From Eledone cirrhosa (lineage: Eukaryota), in the NCBI GenBank assembly GCA_964016885.1, contig OZ024741.1, positions 344,906,001 through 344,970,000 of the forward strand: 64,000 nucleotides of DNA. The letters run 5' to 3'. How positions within the stretch are numbered: position 1 is the stretch's first letter; the number at the start of each line of letters is the position of its first letter. The position numbers and the translations under genes are program-made. The notes under the pieces were generated by a model. It saw nothing but the letters and a program-made list of their open reading frames with translations. It was not told the origin of the DNA and ran no database searches. Below are positions 28,203-41,195 of the stretch, in pieces.

Positions 28203-28312
28203 GTAAGTACTTCCACATTTTTCTCATATTTTTGTTGCTCTTGTTATTGGTTTTGTTGTTGTCATTGTTAACCCTTTGAATTCTGATCCTATAATGTTGT
28301 TTTATATCATTG

Positions 28313-31300
28313 CTGTCTCCAACTCCGAGTGTCTCCAGCCCTGAGTGTCCCCAGCCCTGAGTGTCTCCAGCCCTGAGTGTTTCCAACCCTGAGTGTCTCC
28401 AACCCTGAGTGTCTCCAGCCCTGAGTGTCTCCAGCCCTGAGTGTTTCCAACCCTGAGTGTCTCCAACCCTGAGTGTCTCCAACCCTGAGTGTCTCCAACC
28501 CTGAGTGTCTCCAGCCCTGAATGTCTCCAGCCCTGAATGTCTCCATCCTTGAGTGTCTCCAGCCCTGAGTGTCTCCAGCCCTGAGTGTCTCCAGCCCTGA
28601 ATGTCTCCAGCCCTGAGTGTCTCCAGCCCTGAGTGTCTCCAGCCCTGAGTGTCTCCAGCTCCGAGTGTCTCCAGCCCTGAATGTCTCCAGCCCTGAGTGT
28701 CTCCAGCCCTGACTGTCTCCAGCCCTGAGTGTCTCCAACCCTGGGTGTCTCCAGCCCTGAGTGTCTCCAGCCCTGAGTGTCTCCAGCCCTGAGTGTCTCC
28801 AACTCCGAGTGTCTCCAGCCCTGAATGTCTCCAGCCCTGAGTGTCTCCAGCCCTGAGTGTCTCCAGCCCTGAATGTCTCCAACCTTGAGTGTCTCCAGCC
28901 CTGAGTGTCTCCAGCCCTGAGTGTCTCCAGCCCTGAATGTCTCCAGCCCTGAGTGTCTCCAGCCCTGAGTGTCTCCAGCCCTGAGTGTCTCCAACTCCGA
29001 GTGTCTCCAGCCCTGAGTGTCTCCAGCCCTGAGTGTCTCCAACCCTGAGTGCCTCCAGCCCTGAGTGCCTCCAACCTTGAGTGTCTCCAACTCCGATTGT
29101 CTCCAACCCTGAGTGTCTCCAGCCCTGAGTGTTCCATCCCTGAGTGTCTCCAACCCTGAGTGTCTCCAACTCCGAGTGTCTCCAGCCCTGAGTGTCTCCA
29201 GCCCTGAGTGTCTCCAACTCCGAGTGTCTCCAGCCCTGAGTGTCTCCATCCCTGAGTGTCTCCAACACTGAGTGTCTCCAACCCTGAGTGCCTCCAGCCC
29301 TGAGTGCCTCCAACCTTGAGTGTCTCCAACTCCGAGTGTCTCCAACCCTGAGTGTCTCCAACCCTGAGTGTCTCCATCCCTGAGTGTCTCCAACCCTGAG
29401 TGTCTCCAGCCCTGAGTGCCTCCAGCCCTGAGTGCCTCCAACCTTGAGTGTCTCCAGCCCTGAATGTCTCCAACCTTGAGTATCTCCAACCCTGAGTGTC
29501 TCCAACCCTGAGTGCCTCCAGCCCTGAGTGTCTCCAGCCCTGAGTGTCTCCAACCCTGAGTGCCTCCAACCCTGAGTGTCTCCAGCCCTGAATGTCTCCA
29601 ACCTTGAGTGTCTCCAACCCTGAGTGTCTCCAACCCTGAGTGCCTCCAGCCCTGAGTGCCTCCAACCCTGAGTGTCTCCAACCCTGAGTGTCTCCAGCCC
29701 TGAGTGTCTCCAACCCTGAGTGTCTCCAACCCTGAGTGTCTCCATCCCTGAGTGTCTCCAGCCCTGAATGTCTCCAACCCTGAGTGTCTCCAACCCTGAG
29801 TGTCTCCAGCCCTGAGTGTCTCCAACCCTGAGTGTCTCCAACCCTGAGTGTCTCCATCCCTGAGTGTCTCCAGCCCTGAATGTCTCCAACCCTGAGTGTC
29901 TCCAGCCCTGAATGTCTCCAACCCTGAGTGTCTCCAACCCTGAGTGTCTCCAGCCCTGAGTGTCTCCAACCCTGAGTGTCTCCAACCCTGAGTGCCTCCA
30001 ACCCTGAGTGTCTCCAGCCCTGAATGTCTCCAACCTTGAGTGTCTCCAACCCTGAGTGTCTCCAACCCTGAGTGTCTCCAACCCTGAGTGCCTCCAGCCC
30101 TGAGTGCCTCCAACCCTGAGTGTCTCCAGCCCTGAGTGTCTCCAACCCTGAGTGTCTCCAACCCTGAGTGTCTCCATCCCTGAGTGTCTCCAGCCCTGAA
30201 TGTCTCCAACCCTGAGTGTCTCCAACCCTGAGTGTCTCCAGCCCTGAGTGTCTCCAACCCTGAGTGTCTCCAACCCTGAGTGTCTCCATCCCTGAGTGTC
30301 TCCAGCCCTGAATGTCTCCAACCTTGAGTGTCTCCAACCCTGAGTGTCTCCAACCCTGAGTGCCTCCAGCCCTGAGTGCCTCCAACCCTGAGTGTCTCCA
30401 GCCCTGAATGTCTCCAACCTTGAGTGTCTCCAGCCCTGAATGTCTCCAACCTTGAGTGTCTCCAACCCTGAGTGTCTCCAACCCTGAGTGCCTCCAGCCC
30501 TGAGTGCCTCCAACCCTGAGTGTCTCCAGCCCTGAATGTCTCCAACCTTGAGTGTCTCCAACCCTGAGTGCCTCCAACCCTGAGTGTCTCCAGCCCTGAG
30601 TGTCTCCAACCCTGAGTGTCTCCAGCCCTGAATGTCTCCAACCTTGAGTGTCTCCAACCCTGAGTGCCTCCAGCCCTGAGTGCCTCCAGCCCTGAGTGTC
30701 TCCAACTCCGAGTGTCTCCAACCCTGAGTGTCTCCAGCCCTGAGTGTCTCCATCCCTGAGTGTCTCCAACCCTGAGTGTCTCCAACCCTGAGTGTCTCCA
30801 GCCCTGAGTGTCTCCAGCCCTGAGTGCCTCCAACCCTGAGTGTCTCCAACCCTGAGTGTCTCCAACCCTGAGTGTCTCCAACCCTGAGTGTCTCCAGCCC
30901 TGAGTGCCTCCAACCCTGAGTGTCTCCAGCCCTGAGTGCCTCCAACCCTGAGTATCTCCAACCCTGAGTGCCTCCAACCCTGAGTATCTCCAGCCCTGAG
31001 TGTTCCAACCCTGAGTGTCTCCAACCCTGAGTGTCTCCAGCCCTGAGTGCCTCCAACCCTGAGTGTCTCCAGCCCTGAGTGCCTCCAACCCTGAGTGTCT
31101 CCAACCCTGAGTGCCTCCAACCCTGAGTGTCTCCAACCCTGAGTGTCTCCAACCCTGAGTGTCTCCAGCCCTGAGTGCCTCCAACCCTGAGTGCCTCCAG
31201 CCCTGAGTGTCTCCAACCCTGAGTGTCTCCAACCCTGAGTGCCTCCAGCCCTGAGTGCCTCCAACCCTGAGTGTCTCCAACCCTGAGTGTCTCCAACCCT

Positions 31301-34300
31301 GAGTGCCTCCAGCCCTGAGTGCCTCCAACCCTGAGTGTCTCCAACCCTGAGTGTCTCCAACCCTGAGTGTCTCCAGCCCTGAGTGTCTCCAACCCTGAGT
31401 GTCTCCAACCCTGAGTGCCTCCAGCCCCGAGTGCCTCCAACCCTGAGTGTCTCCAACCCTGAGTGTCTCCAACCCTGAGTGCCTCCAGCCCTTAGTGCCT
31501 CCAACCCTGAGTGTCTCCAACCCTGAGTGTCTCCAACCCTGAGTGTCTCCAGCCCTGAGTGTCTCCAACCCTGAGTGTCTCCAACCCCGAGTGCCTCCAG
31601 CCCCGAGTGCCTCCAACCCTGAGTGTCTCCAGCCCTGAGTGTCTCCAACCCTGAGTGTCTCCAACCCTGAGTGTCTCCAGCCCTGAATGTCTCCAACCTT
31701 GAGTGCCTCCAACCCTGAGTGTCTCCAACCCTGAGTGCCTCCAGCCCTGAGTGCCTCCAACCCTGAGTGTCTCCAGCCCTGAGTGTCTCCAACCCTGAGT
31801 GCCTCCAACCCTGAGTGTCTCCAGCCCTGAGTGTCTCCAACCCTAAGTGTCTCCAACCCTGAGTGCCTCCAACCCTGAGTGTCTCCAGCCCTGAGTGTCT
31901 CCAGCCCTGAGTGTCTCCAACCCTGAGTGTCTCCAGCCCTGAGTGTCTCCAACCCTGAGTGCCTCCAACCCTGAGTGTCTCCAGCCCTGAGTGTCTCCAA
32001 CCCTAAGTGTCTCCAACCCTGAGTGTCTCCAACCCTGAGTGCCTCCAGCCCTGAGTGCCTCCAGCCCTGAGTGCCTCCAACCCTAAGTGTCTCCAACCCT
32101 GAGTGCCTCCAGCCCTGAGTGCCTCCAACCCTGAGTGTCTCCAGCCCTGAGTGTCTCCAACCCTGAGTGCCTCCAACCCTGAGTGTCTCCAGCCCTGAGT
32201 GTCTCCAACCCTAAGTGTCTCCAACCCTGAGTGCCTCCAACCCTGAGTGTCTCCAGCCCTGAGTGTCTCCAGCCCTGAGTGTCTCCAACCCTGAGTGTCT
32301 CCAGCCCTGAGTGTCTCCAGCCCTGAGTGTCTCCAACCCTGAGTGTTCCATCCCTGAGTGTCTCCATCCCTGAGTGTCTCCAACCCTGAGTGTCTCCAGC
32401 CCTGAGTGTCTCCAACCCTGAGTGTCTCCAGCCCTGAGTGTCTCCAGCCCTGAGTGTCTCCAACCCTGAGTGTTCCATCCCTGAGTGTCTCCATCCCTGA
32501 GTGTCTCCAACCCTGAGTGTCTCCAGCCCTGAGTGTCTCCAACCCTGAGTGTCTCCAACCCTGAGTGTCTCCATCCCTGAGTGTCTCCAGCCCTGAATGT
32601 CTCCAACCCTGAGTGCCTCCAACCCTGAGTGTCTCCAGCCCTGAGTGTCTCCAGCCCTGAGTGCCTCCAACCCTGAGTGTCTCCAACCCTGAGTGTCTCC
32701 AACCCTGAGTGTCTCCAACCCTGAGTGTCTCCAGCCCTGAGTGCCTCCAACCCTGAGTGTCTCCAGCCCTGAGTGCCTCCAACCCTGAGTATCTCCAACC
32801 CTGAGTGCCTCCAACCCTGAGTATCTCCAGCCCTGAGTGTTCCAACCCTGAGTGTCTCCAACCCTGAGTGTCTCCAGCCCTGAGTACCTCCAACCCTGAG
32901 TGTCTCCAGCCCTGAGTGCCTCCAACCCTGAGTGTCTCCAACCCTGAGTGCCTCCAACCCTGAGTGTCTCCAACCCTGAGTGTCTCCAACCCTGAGTGTC
33001 TCCAGCCCTGAGTGCCTCCAACCCTGAGTGCCTCCAGCCCTGAGTGTCTCCAACCCTGAGTGTCTCCAACCCTGAGTGCCTCCAGCCCTGAGTGCCTCCA
33101 ACCCTGAGTGTCTCCAACCCTGAGTGTCTCCAACCCTGAGTGCCTCCAGCCCTGAGTGCCTCCAACCCTGAGTGTCTCCAACCCTGAGTGTCTCCAACCC
33201 TGAGTGTCTCCAGCCCTGAGTGTCTCCAACCCTGAGTGTCTTCAACCCTGAGTGCCTCCAGCCCCGAGTGCCTCCAACCCTGAGTGTCTCCAACCCTGAG
33301 TGTCTCCAACCCTGAGTGCCTCCAGCCCTTAGTGCCTCCAACCCTGAGTGTCTCCAACCCTGAGTGTCTCCAACCCTGAGTGTCTCCAGCCCTGAGTGTC
33401 TCCAACCCTGAGTGTCTCCAACCCCGAGTGCCTCCAGCCCCGAGTGCCTCCAACCCTGAGTGTCTCCAGCCCTGAGTGTCTCCAACCCTGAGTGTCTCCA
33501 ACCCTGAGTGTCTCCAGCCCTGAATGTCTCCAACCTTGAGTGCCTCCAACCCTGAGTGTCTCCAACCCTGAGTGCCTCCAGCCCTGAGTGCCTCCAACCC
33601 TGAGTGTCTCCAGCCCTGAGTGTCTCCAACCCTGAGTGCCTCCAACCCTGAGTGTCTCCAGCCCTGAGTGTCTCCAACCCTAAGTGTCTCCAACCCTGAG
33701 TGCCTCCAACCCTGAGTGTCTCCAGCCCTGAGTGTCTCCAGCCCTGAGTGTCTCCAACCCTGAGTGTCTCCAGCCCTGAGTGTCTCCAACCCTGAGTGCC
33801 TCCAACCCTGAGTGTCTCCAGCCCTGAGTGTCTCCAACCCTAAGTGTCTCCAACCCTGAGTGTCTCCAACCCTGAGTGCCTCCAGCCCTGAGTGCCTCCA
33901 GCCCTGAGTGCCTCCAACCCTAAGTGTCTCCAACCCTGAGTGCCTCCAGCCCTGAGTGCCTCCAACCCTGAGTGTCTCCAGCCCTGAGTGTCTCCAACCC
34001 TGAGTGCCTCCAACCCTGAATGTCTCCAGCCCTGAGTGTCTCCAACCCTAAGTGTCTCCAACCCTGAGTGCCTCCAACCCTGAGTGTCTCCAGCCCTGAG
34101 TGTCTCCAGCCCTGAGTGTCTCCAACCCTGAGTGTCTCCAGCCCTGAGTGTCTCCAGCCCTGAGTGTCTCCAACCCTGAGTGTTCCATTCCTGAGTGTCT
34201 CCATCCCTGAGTGTCTCCAACCCTGAGTGTCTCCAGCCCTGAGTGTCTCCAACCCTGAGTGTCTCCAACCCTGAGTGTCTCCATCCCTGAGTGTCTCCAG

Positions 34301-34924
34301 CCCTGAATGTCTCCAACCCTGAGTGCCTCCAACCCTGAGTGTCTCCAACCTTGAGTGTCTCCAACCCTGAGTGTCTCCAGCCCTGAGTGTCTCCAGCCCT
34401 GAGTGTCTCCAACCCTGAGTGTCTCCAACCCTGAGTGTCTCCAGCCCTGAGTGTTCCATCCCTGAGTGTCTCCATCCCTGAGTGTCTCCAACCCTGAGTG
34501 CCTCCAGCCCTGAGTGCCTCCAGCCCTGAGTGCCTCCAGCCCTGAGTGCCTCCAACCCTGAGTGTCTCCAACCCTGAGTGCCTCCAACCCTGAGTGTCTC
34601 CAACCCTGAGGAGTGCCTCCAACCCTGAGTATCTCCAACCCTGAGTACCTCCAACCCTGAGTGCCTCCAACCCTGAGTGCCTCCAACCCTGAGTGCCTCC
34701 AACCCTGAGTGTCTCCAACCCTGAGTGTCTCCAACCCTGAGTGCTTCCAGCCCTGAGTATCTCCAACCCTGAGTATCTCTAACCCTGAGTGCCTCCAGCC
34801 CTGAGTGCCTCCAACCCTTGGTATCTCCAATCCTGAATGTCTCCAACCCTGAGTGTCCCCATCCCTGAGTGCCTCCATCCCTGAGTGTTCCAACCCTGAG
34901 TGTCCCCATCCCTGAGTGCCTCCA
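28313..34924. repeat. 6.6-kb satellite of 17-bp units (about 390 copies)
   Basis: Unit ctgagtg(t/c)ctcca(g/a)ccc; produces the spurious GDTQGWRHSGLETLR ORFs on the - strand. Confidence 0.98.
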
Positions 34925-35027
34925 TGAAAAATATATATTGTCAACCATGTGTCTCCTTTGTACACAATCTTTTCACTTTTTTTGTTTATTTTTGCTTCAC
35001 TGTTCTTTTGTATTGTTCTGACTATAG

Positions 35028-35070
<43 letters not shown>

Positions 35071-35443
35071 GTGTGTGTGTGTGTGTGTATGTGTATGTGA
35101 AACCATTTTGCTGATTTGAGAGCTCATGGGGGTGAAGATGTGTGTGTATAAACTTGTCTTGTACATCACCCTTCTTCCAGTCACTTCTGTGCACCAACAC
35201 ATTTCTCCTTGTCCTTCTCCTTCATTCAATCTTTTCTATATTTCATCTTCCTGTCACCTACCTTGTGGATTGTCTCTCAGTTGACCACTGGCCTCTGAGG
35301 CATTTTTGCCCATCGCTGTCTTTGACAGCATTTAGCTGTTTTAATGGCTGTTCTAGCAATGAGTTTTCTCATTTTTATATGTATTCGTATATATATATAT
35401 ATATGTGTATTCAGATATATGTATATGTTTTGTATTTTTGCAG

Positions 35444-35595
35444 TGTTCAGGCATGTCCGATTGCTGCAGCAGCAAAGAAGCGGAAACTTGAGAAAGCAGA
35501 AGAAGAAGAGGAAGAAGAAACCACAGCTCATACAGTAAAGCGGAGCCGTAAACGACAGCAGACATCAACAGCAGCGGCGGCAGCAACAGCAACAA

Positions 35596-35634
<39 letters not shown>

Positions 35635-38600
35635 TAGGTAGAAGCAGCACATCGCGAACTAGTGAAGAAGATGATGATGATGAAGAAGACGAAGAAGAAG
35701 GGGCGATGGAAGAAGAAGAAGAAGTGGAAGAGGGAGTTGAAGAAGAAGAAGAAGAAGAAGAAGAAGAAGAAGAAGGAGGAGGAGGAGGAAGAGAGGTGGA
35801 AGGGAAGGTAGCAGAAGCAGCAATGTCAGAGAGTGAGGCTGTGTCTGAAGGTAAAGAAAAGAACAAGAACAAAACCAAAAGCAAAACCAAACACACAGGT
35901 GGTGGTGGTGGTGGCAGCAGTAATAGCAGTGGTGGTGGTGGTGGTGGTGGTGGTGGTGGTGGTGGCGGTGGCCGGGCGAAAGAAAAATCTTTGTCAACCC
36001 TTTCGACATCCAGTGCATCTATGTCAACATCTGCTACATCTACGTCTACTTGTTCCAAGGCGACTCTCCTCAGTTCTCTCGAAGACAGTCTCAGTAAGGT
36101 GACAGCTGCTACAAGTGAACACGTTGAAGAGAACATCAAAGGAGTAGGAAAAGCATCATCATCATCATCGTCGCCATCGTCAACAGTAGCAACAGCAGCA
36201 GCTTCAGCCACCACTACCACATCTACCTCTGCTGCTACCAGTGCATCAAATACCGATGCCTCCACCAGCAACAGCAGCAATGATAAAACACCCCTCGGGC
36301 TAGGGTTTGGTCTTGGTCTTCAGCTTGGGCTTGGACTAGGCCTGGATGTCAATGTTTCCACTGCAGCTTCATCAGAGGCAACATCCACTGCAGTTTCAGC
36401 AGTCGCTGCTGCTACTCTGGCAGTATCTTCAAAATTGTTGTCTTGTAGTGGTGTTGGTGGTGGTGTTGCTGGTGGTGGTGGTAGAAGTAGTAGTGGTGGT
36501 GGTGGCGGTGGCAGTGGTGGAGTATCATCGACCACGACAACAGAAATCGATGATGAACAGAAGTGCTTCCAAGAAGCCGAACGAGCATTACGCAGTCTGT
36601 CGGGGGAGTATGATGAAACAGCGGAAGAGAGCTACAACTATAACTATTCAACGACAAGGAGGAAGTCATCGGGAGTGACTGCGCAGCGTCGTGGGGGAAG
36701 TACGAGTGATGATGATGACAGCAACCATGCCACCAGTGGACGGGAGAGCAGCACTACTGCAGGGACAGGGTCAAGGAGGAAGAAGAAGAAGAAGAAAAAG
36801 AGGAAAAGAAAGAAGAAGGAGGGCGATGGAGGTGGAGAGGAGGAGGAGGAAGCTGACGAAATGGAGGACGATGAGGAGGAGGAAGAAGATGATGATGAGG
36901 AGGAAGAGGAGGCTGCTGTCGAGGAAGGGACAGGTCGCAGGGGGAGGAAGCAAGAGGATGAGGTTGGGATAGAAGAAGAGGCAATTGGCAGCAGCAGCAG
37001 TAGCAGTGGTAGCAAAAGGGGAGGAGGAGCAGGCAGCAGGAGAGGAAAAGCGAGTGGTGGAGGCCGTTCTGGTGCCAGTGCTACTACACGGAGTGGTGGA
37101 GCCACTTCGCGTGCTGCTACTGCTGGAGGTGGTGTCACTACACGGGAAATTTCTTCTCGACGTCAGAGTACGGCTTCATCTAGGACCCAGTCACGATCCT
37201 GCGCCACTTCAACGACCACACCTGCAACGAAAAAAGAAGGAGAGGGTAGCAGTAGTGGTGGTGACCCAAATGATGTAAGTGATGGAGTAGGAGGGGATAA
37301 TACAGCAAATGAAGCGCTATCAACATCATATCGTGACGAGAACCAATCATCACAGAGCAGCAATGCTGCTGCGGGTGGAGTGGGCAATAGCAACAACAGT
37401 AACAATGGCGACGAATCATCAGGCTCAGGTTCAAGCTCAGTGGGAGGAAAATATCCCCAGAGCCAGGTGGCAGTAGTGTCTTCTGACGATGATGCAGAAA
37501 TCCTGCTGAAGATTGAACAACAGTGTGCAAGCATCCAGTCGGGTGCGACTTCCTGCTGCTCAGCAGAGAGTGAGTGCAACAGCGAGGTGGAGGCAGAGGC
37601 AGAAGGGGAGGCTGAGGTGGAGGTAGAAGAGGCAGGGACTGGCAGAGAGGTAGTGGACGTTGACGAGGAACATGACGAGATCATCGACATTCCAGAGTTA
37701 ATTGAAGGGGAGGAGGAAGATGAAGAGGAGGAGGAGGAGGAAGAAGATGAAGAAGAGGAAGAGGAGGAAATAGAAGACCTGGAGGAGTTGGAAATGGCCG
37801 GGGAAGTAGAGGAGGAGGAGGAGGAGGAGGAAGAAGAGGAAGAAGAAGAGGAGGAGGAAGAAGAGGAGGAGGAAGAAGGGGAAGAGGAAGAAGAAGAAGA
37901 CGATGTGCGTTGTCTTCTGAGAGGGGAAGAGGAGATGGAGGAAGAAGACGAAGAGGAAGAGGAGGAGGAGGAGGAAGAAGAAGACGATGAGGGAGAGGCA
38001 AGAGAGAACGTTGAAGAGAGTGAGTCGCGACGACTGCAAATGGGATTGGGACTGGGGCATGATGGGAAGGCATACACCCAGATTACGGGCACCTCCAAGG
38101 AGAAGCCAGTGATGTCACCACCAGAGCACCTTCACCATCCACACCCACATCATCACCAACAACAACAACAACAGCAGCACATGCATGCCACTCATCATCA
38201 CCCTCACCAAGAGCACCAACAGCACCAACAACACCCTCATCAACAACAACACCACCACCAACCACAACAACAACAACAACAACATCATCATCATCCACAA
38301 CAGCAACAACACCATCAACTCCACCAACAACACCATCACCACCACCACCACAATATCAACAACAACAACAACAGCAACAGCAGGATAAGCACTACCATAG
38401 CAACGGTTGCCGGGCCGACTGACTGCATCTATGCAGAGGGTGGCGTGATGGCGACGACAACAGACACCATGACATCGTCGACAACATCATCAACATCGCC
38501 ACTGACGTCGTCACCAATCGGAGGAGGAGGCGGGGGGGTTATTGGTATACCATCTCCTGCCAATGTCCGGTCACCACCACCGCCGCCGCCACCGTCCCAG

Positions 38601-38976
38601 CAGGCACATCATCACCACCACCATCATCACCATCATCATCAGCAACAACAGCAGCACCATTCTCCATTGCCCGCGGCAACGCTCAGCCCAACTGCTTCTT
38701 CTGTCGGTGGTGGTGGTGGTGCAGCGATGGCTAGCGGAATTGTCTCGACCAATGTTGGCCCTGCCGTGGACATGATGTGTTCTACCACCGGCAGCAGCCT
38801 CTCCCCGCACACACCCCATCTCCAGCCACCACACCACCCCGCTCCACATCATCCTCATCACCAACAACAACAACAACAACAACAACAGCACTACAACAAC
38901 AGTAACAACAGCAATAGCAACAACAACAACAACAACAACAACCGGCACCATCATCACCACCATCACCACCATCAGC

Positions 38977-39010
<34 letters not shown>

Positions 39011-39840
39011 GCAGCAGCCACAACACCAGCATCCTTCTCTGTCTCCGCAGCGACGGCGAGGGTTGTCCAACACTAACAACAACAACAGCAACAACAACAA
39101 TAACACCAACAACAATGCTAACAGCAACAGTAGTGCTGCAGCAGCTGCAGCTGCGGCTGCTGCTGCTGCTGCTGCTGCAGCTGCAATGATGACAATGTCA
39201 TCTTCACCCTCTGCTCCACTACCTCCACCCACAACACATAATCTCTCAGCCACTAACAACAACAACAACAACAACAACAACAGCGAAGTGATGCAGATGG
39301 GGGCAGGGATGGCTATGGATGGCAGTGTGGTGGGTGTGGGGATGCAGCAGCAGCATCAACCTGATTACATGGTGGTTACTGATTGGGCCACCACCACCAC
39401 TGCCGGCCCCACCACCACCACCAACAACCATGCAGCGGGTGTTGGCCCTCCCTCGGTGTCATCCTGCTCCTCCCCGGCCTCATCCTCACCTTCCGTCACC
39501 GGCACAGCAGCATCACTGTCATCGTCGTCGACGACATCGACGGTGGCGGCAGGGGTGGGTTGTTCCAGGCCGTCCTCGGTGATAAGCGCCTTAGTGCAAG
39601 CTCCTGTTATTTCTGCAGTCGGAGTTGGGGGAGTAGTGAGACTTAGCGGCGACTACGATGTGTACAGTGATGATGGTGGGGCCAGCCAGGAACTGATCAA
39701 TGTTGTCACCGACAGCGGCAACAACAGCAGCAGCAACAGCAGCAACAGCAACCTCGACATCGCCAACACCAAAAGACTGCCAGATGAGCCCTCTGTCACT
39801 ACAAGTGGAACACACGACATCGGGTTAGGTGTCATGAAAG
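35444..39840 (+). CDS. Myt1: Myt1 giant exon (4397 nt): end of finger 1 (TVQACPIAAAAKKRK) plus acidic and homopolymer-rich region
   Basis: ttttgcag| acceptor, AAG|gtaagg donor; within ORF 35142..39902; CP..AKKRK tail and Glu-rich region parallel vertebrate MYT1. Confidence 0.92.
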
Positions 39841-39902
39841 GTAAGGCAACTGAGCTTAACCCTTTAAAAAAAAGTACCAGTAACACACTGGGGTTGATTT
39901 AA

Positions 39903-40151
39903 CCCTTTAGCATTTACATTACTCTATATATAGTATTAGCATTTAAACTGGCCATATCAGCCAGAATTCTCTCACCTTTTTCTGTTCAAACCAGCAGTAA
40001 CTGGCCACTCATACTTATGTTAAGGTATTGTTCTCAAAATAAATAACATCAAAATCTCATAGATTTGATATTATGTGAGATAATTATGTAGGATAAAGCC
40101 TTTACCACAAAAATACAATAGTATATATAGAGTAATGTAAATGCTAAAGGA
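39903..40151. mobile_element. piggyBac-type MITE
   Basis: TTAA TSD; TIR of about 30 bp ccctttagcatttacattactctatatata / tatatatagagtaatgtaaatgctaaagga. Confidence 0.85.
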
Positions 40152-40663
40152 TTAATCACACCCTTCACTTCATGTCACTTTTCCTTGACTGACTGAGTAA
40201 TGGATCAGTTACCCTAACTTCTTCCTTTTCATCCCAACCTCAGATCTGAAGGTCGGCGGTCATGGACTTATGGACCAGCACTCTCCATCTTTTCCTGTCT
40301 CTTGCTATTCCGTACATTCCGTCAAACTCCTTCTTGTTCATTCCTTAATATCATCTGTCCATCTACTTTTCTGTTGGCCCCTGGCTCTTTTTCCCTATAT
40401 TTCTCCTTCAAGGTTGTGTGTTATCAAATTTTTGGCCCTGATGACATGACCAAAATACTGAAGTTAGCTAATGTTTTATGGACTGATGTCAGCTCATTTT
40501 ATAACCTCTTACAACATGCAGGGTAATGTTGTACCTATTATGACATCAACAGGAGTTACAGGGTCCATCCATACATACTTATATAAACATATTCCTATAT
40601 ACCTGTTACCCTCTCTCATTTAGTGAAATACTTTTATATAGTTTTGTATCTTTTATATTACAG

Positions 40664-40733
40664 ATAGTAAATGTCCAACTCCATGCTGTGATGGCACTGG
40701 TCATGTTACAGGACTTTATTCTCATCATAGAAG
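40664..40733 (+). CDS. Myt1: Myt1 finger 2, first part ([23 protein letters not shown])
   Basis: ttacag| and AG|gtatgt; closely matches the MYT1 finger-2 consensus [20 protein letters not shown]. Confidence 0.95.
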
Positions 40734-40928
40734 GTATGTAATTAATTATATATTTATACACATAAAATCATAAAAAGGACGAGGTTATAAATATTTATTA
40801 CATTTATTGAGGTGTGACGTGTGTTTCACAATTGATCAGCTCAATATTCGATCTGTATCAATCAGGCCTGACTCTGGAATCAAAAGCTCGTTGGACTTCT
40901 GTTATGGTAATGACAGAATGATTCTCTT

Positions 40929-40976
<48 letters not shown>

Positions 40977-40979
40977 GTG

Positions 40980-41195
40980 ATGCACATGGAGGATGTAAAG
41001 AAGTGCCAAGAAATCCCAGTAGAGGTAGACCACGAAAAACATGGGCGGAGGTGGTGAGAGCAGACCTCAGATCACTGAAACTCACTGAGGAGATGACGAA
41101 GGACCATGACAAGTGGAGAGATGCTGTGCTGAATAGGACCCGTCCAACCCTTGCAAGCAGGGTAAAGCAGACGTAAAATGATGATGATGATGATA
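40980..41195 (+). mobile_element. 3' end of a second RTE family
   Basis: RGRPRKTWAEVVRADL..DKWRDAV followed by cccttgcaagcagggtaaagcagacgtaaaatgatgatg. Confidence 0.8.

Noticed and set aside
28084-35229. Minus-strand ORFs of up to 1264 aa (GDTQGWRHSGLETLR repeats)
   Set aside because: Arithmetic consequence of a stop-free 17-bp satellite; open in all three frames, no unique domain
35277-39886. Many overlapping ORFs on both strands within the giant exon
   Set aside because: Shadows of triplet-repeat coding sequence
40810-40870. Minus-strand CUGAUUGA...GAAAC..GUC hammerhead-like string
   Set aside because: Core has an insertion and no stem I pairing
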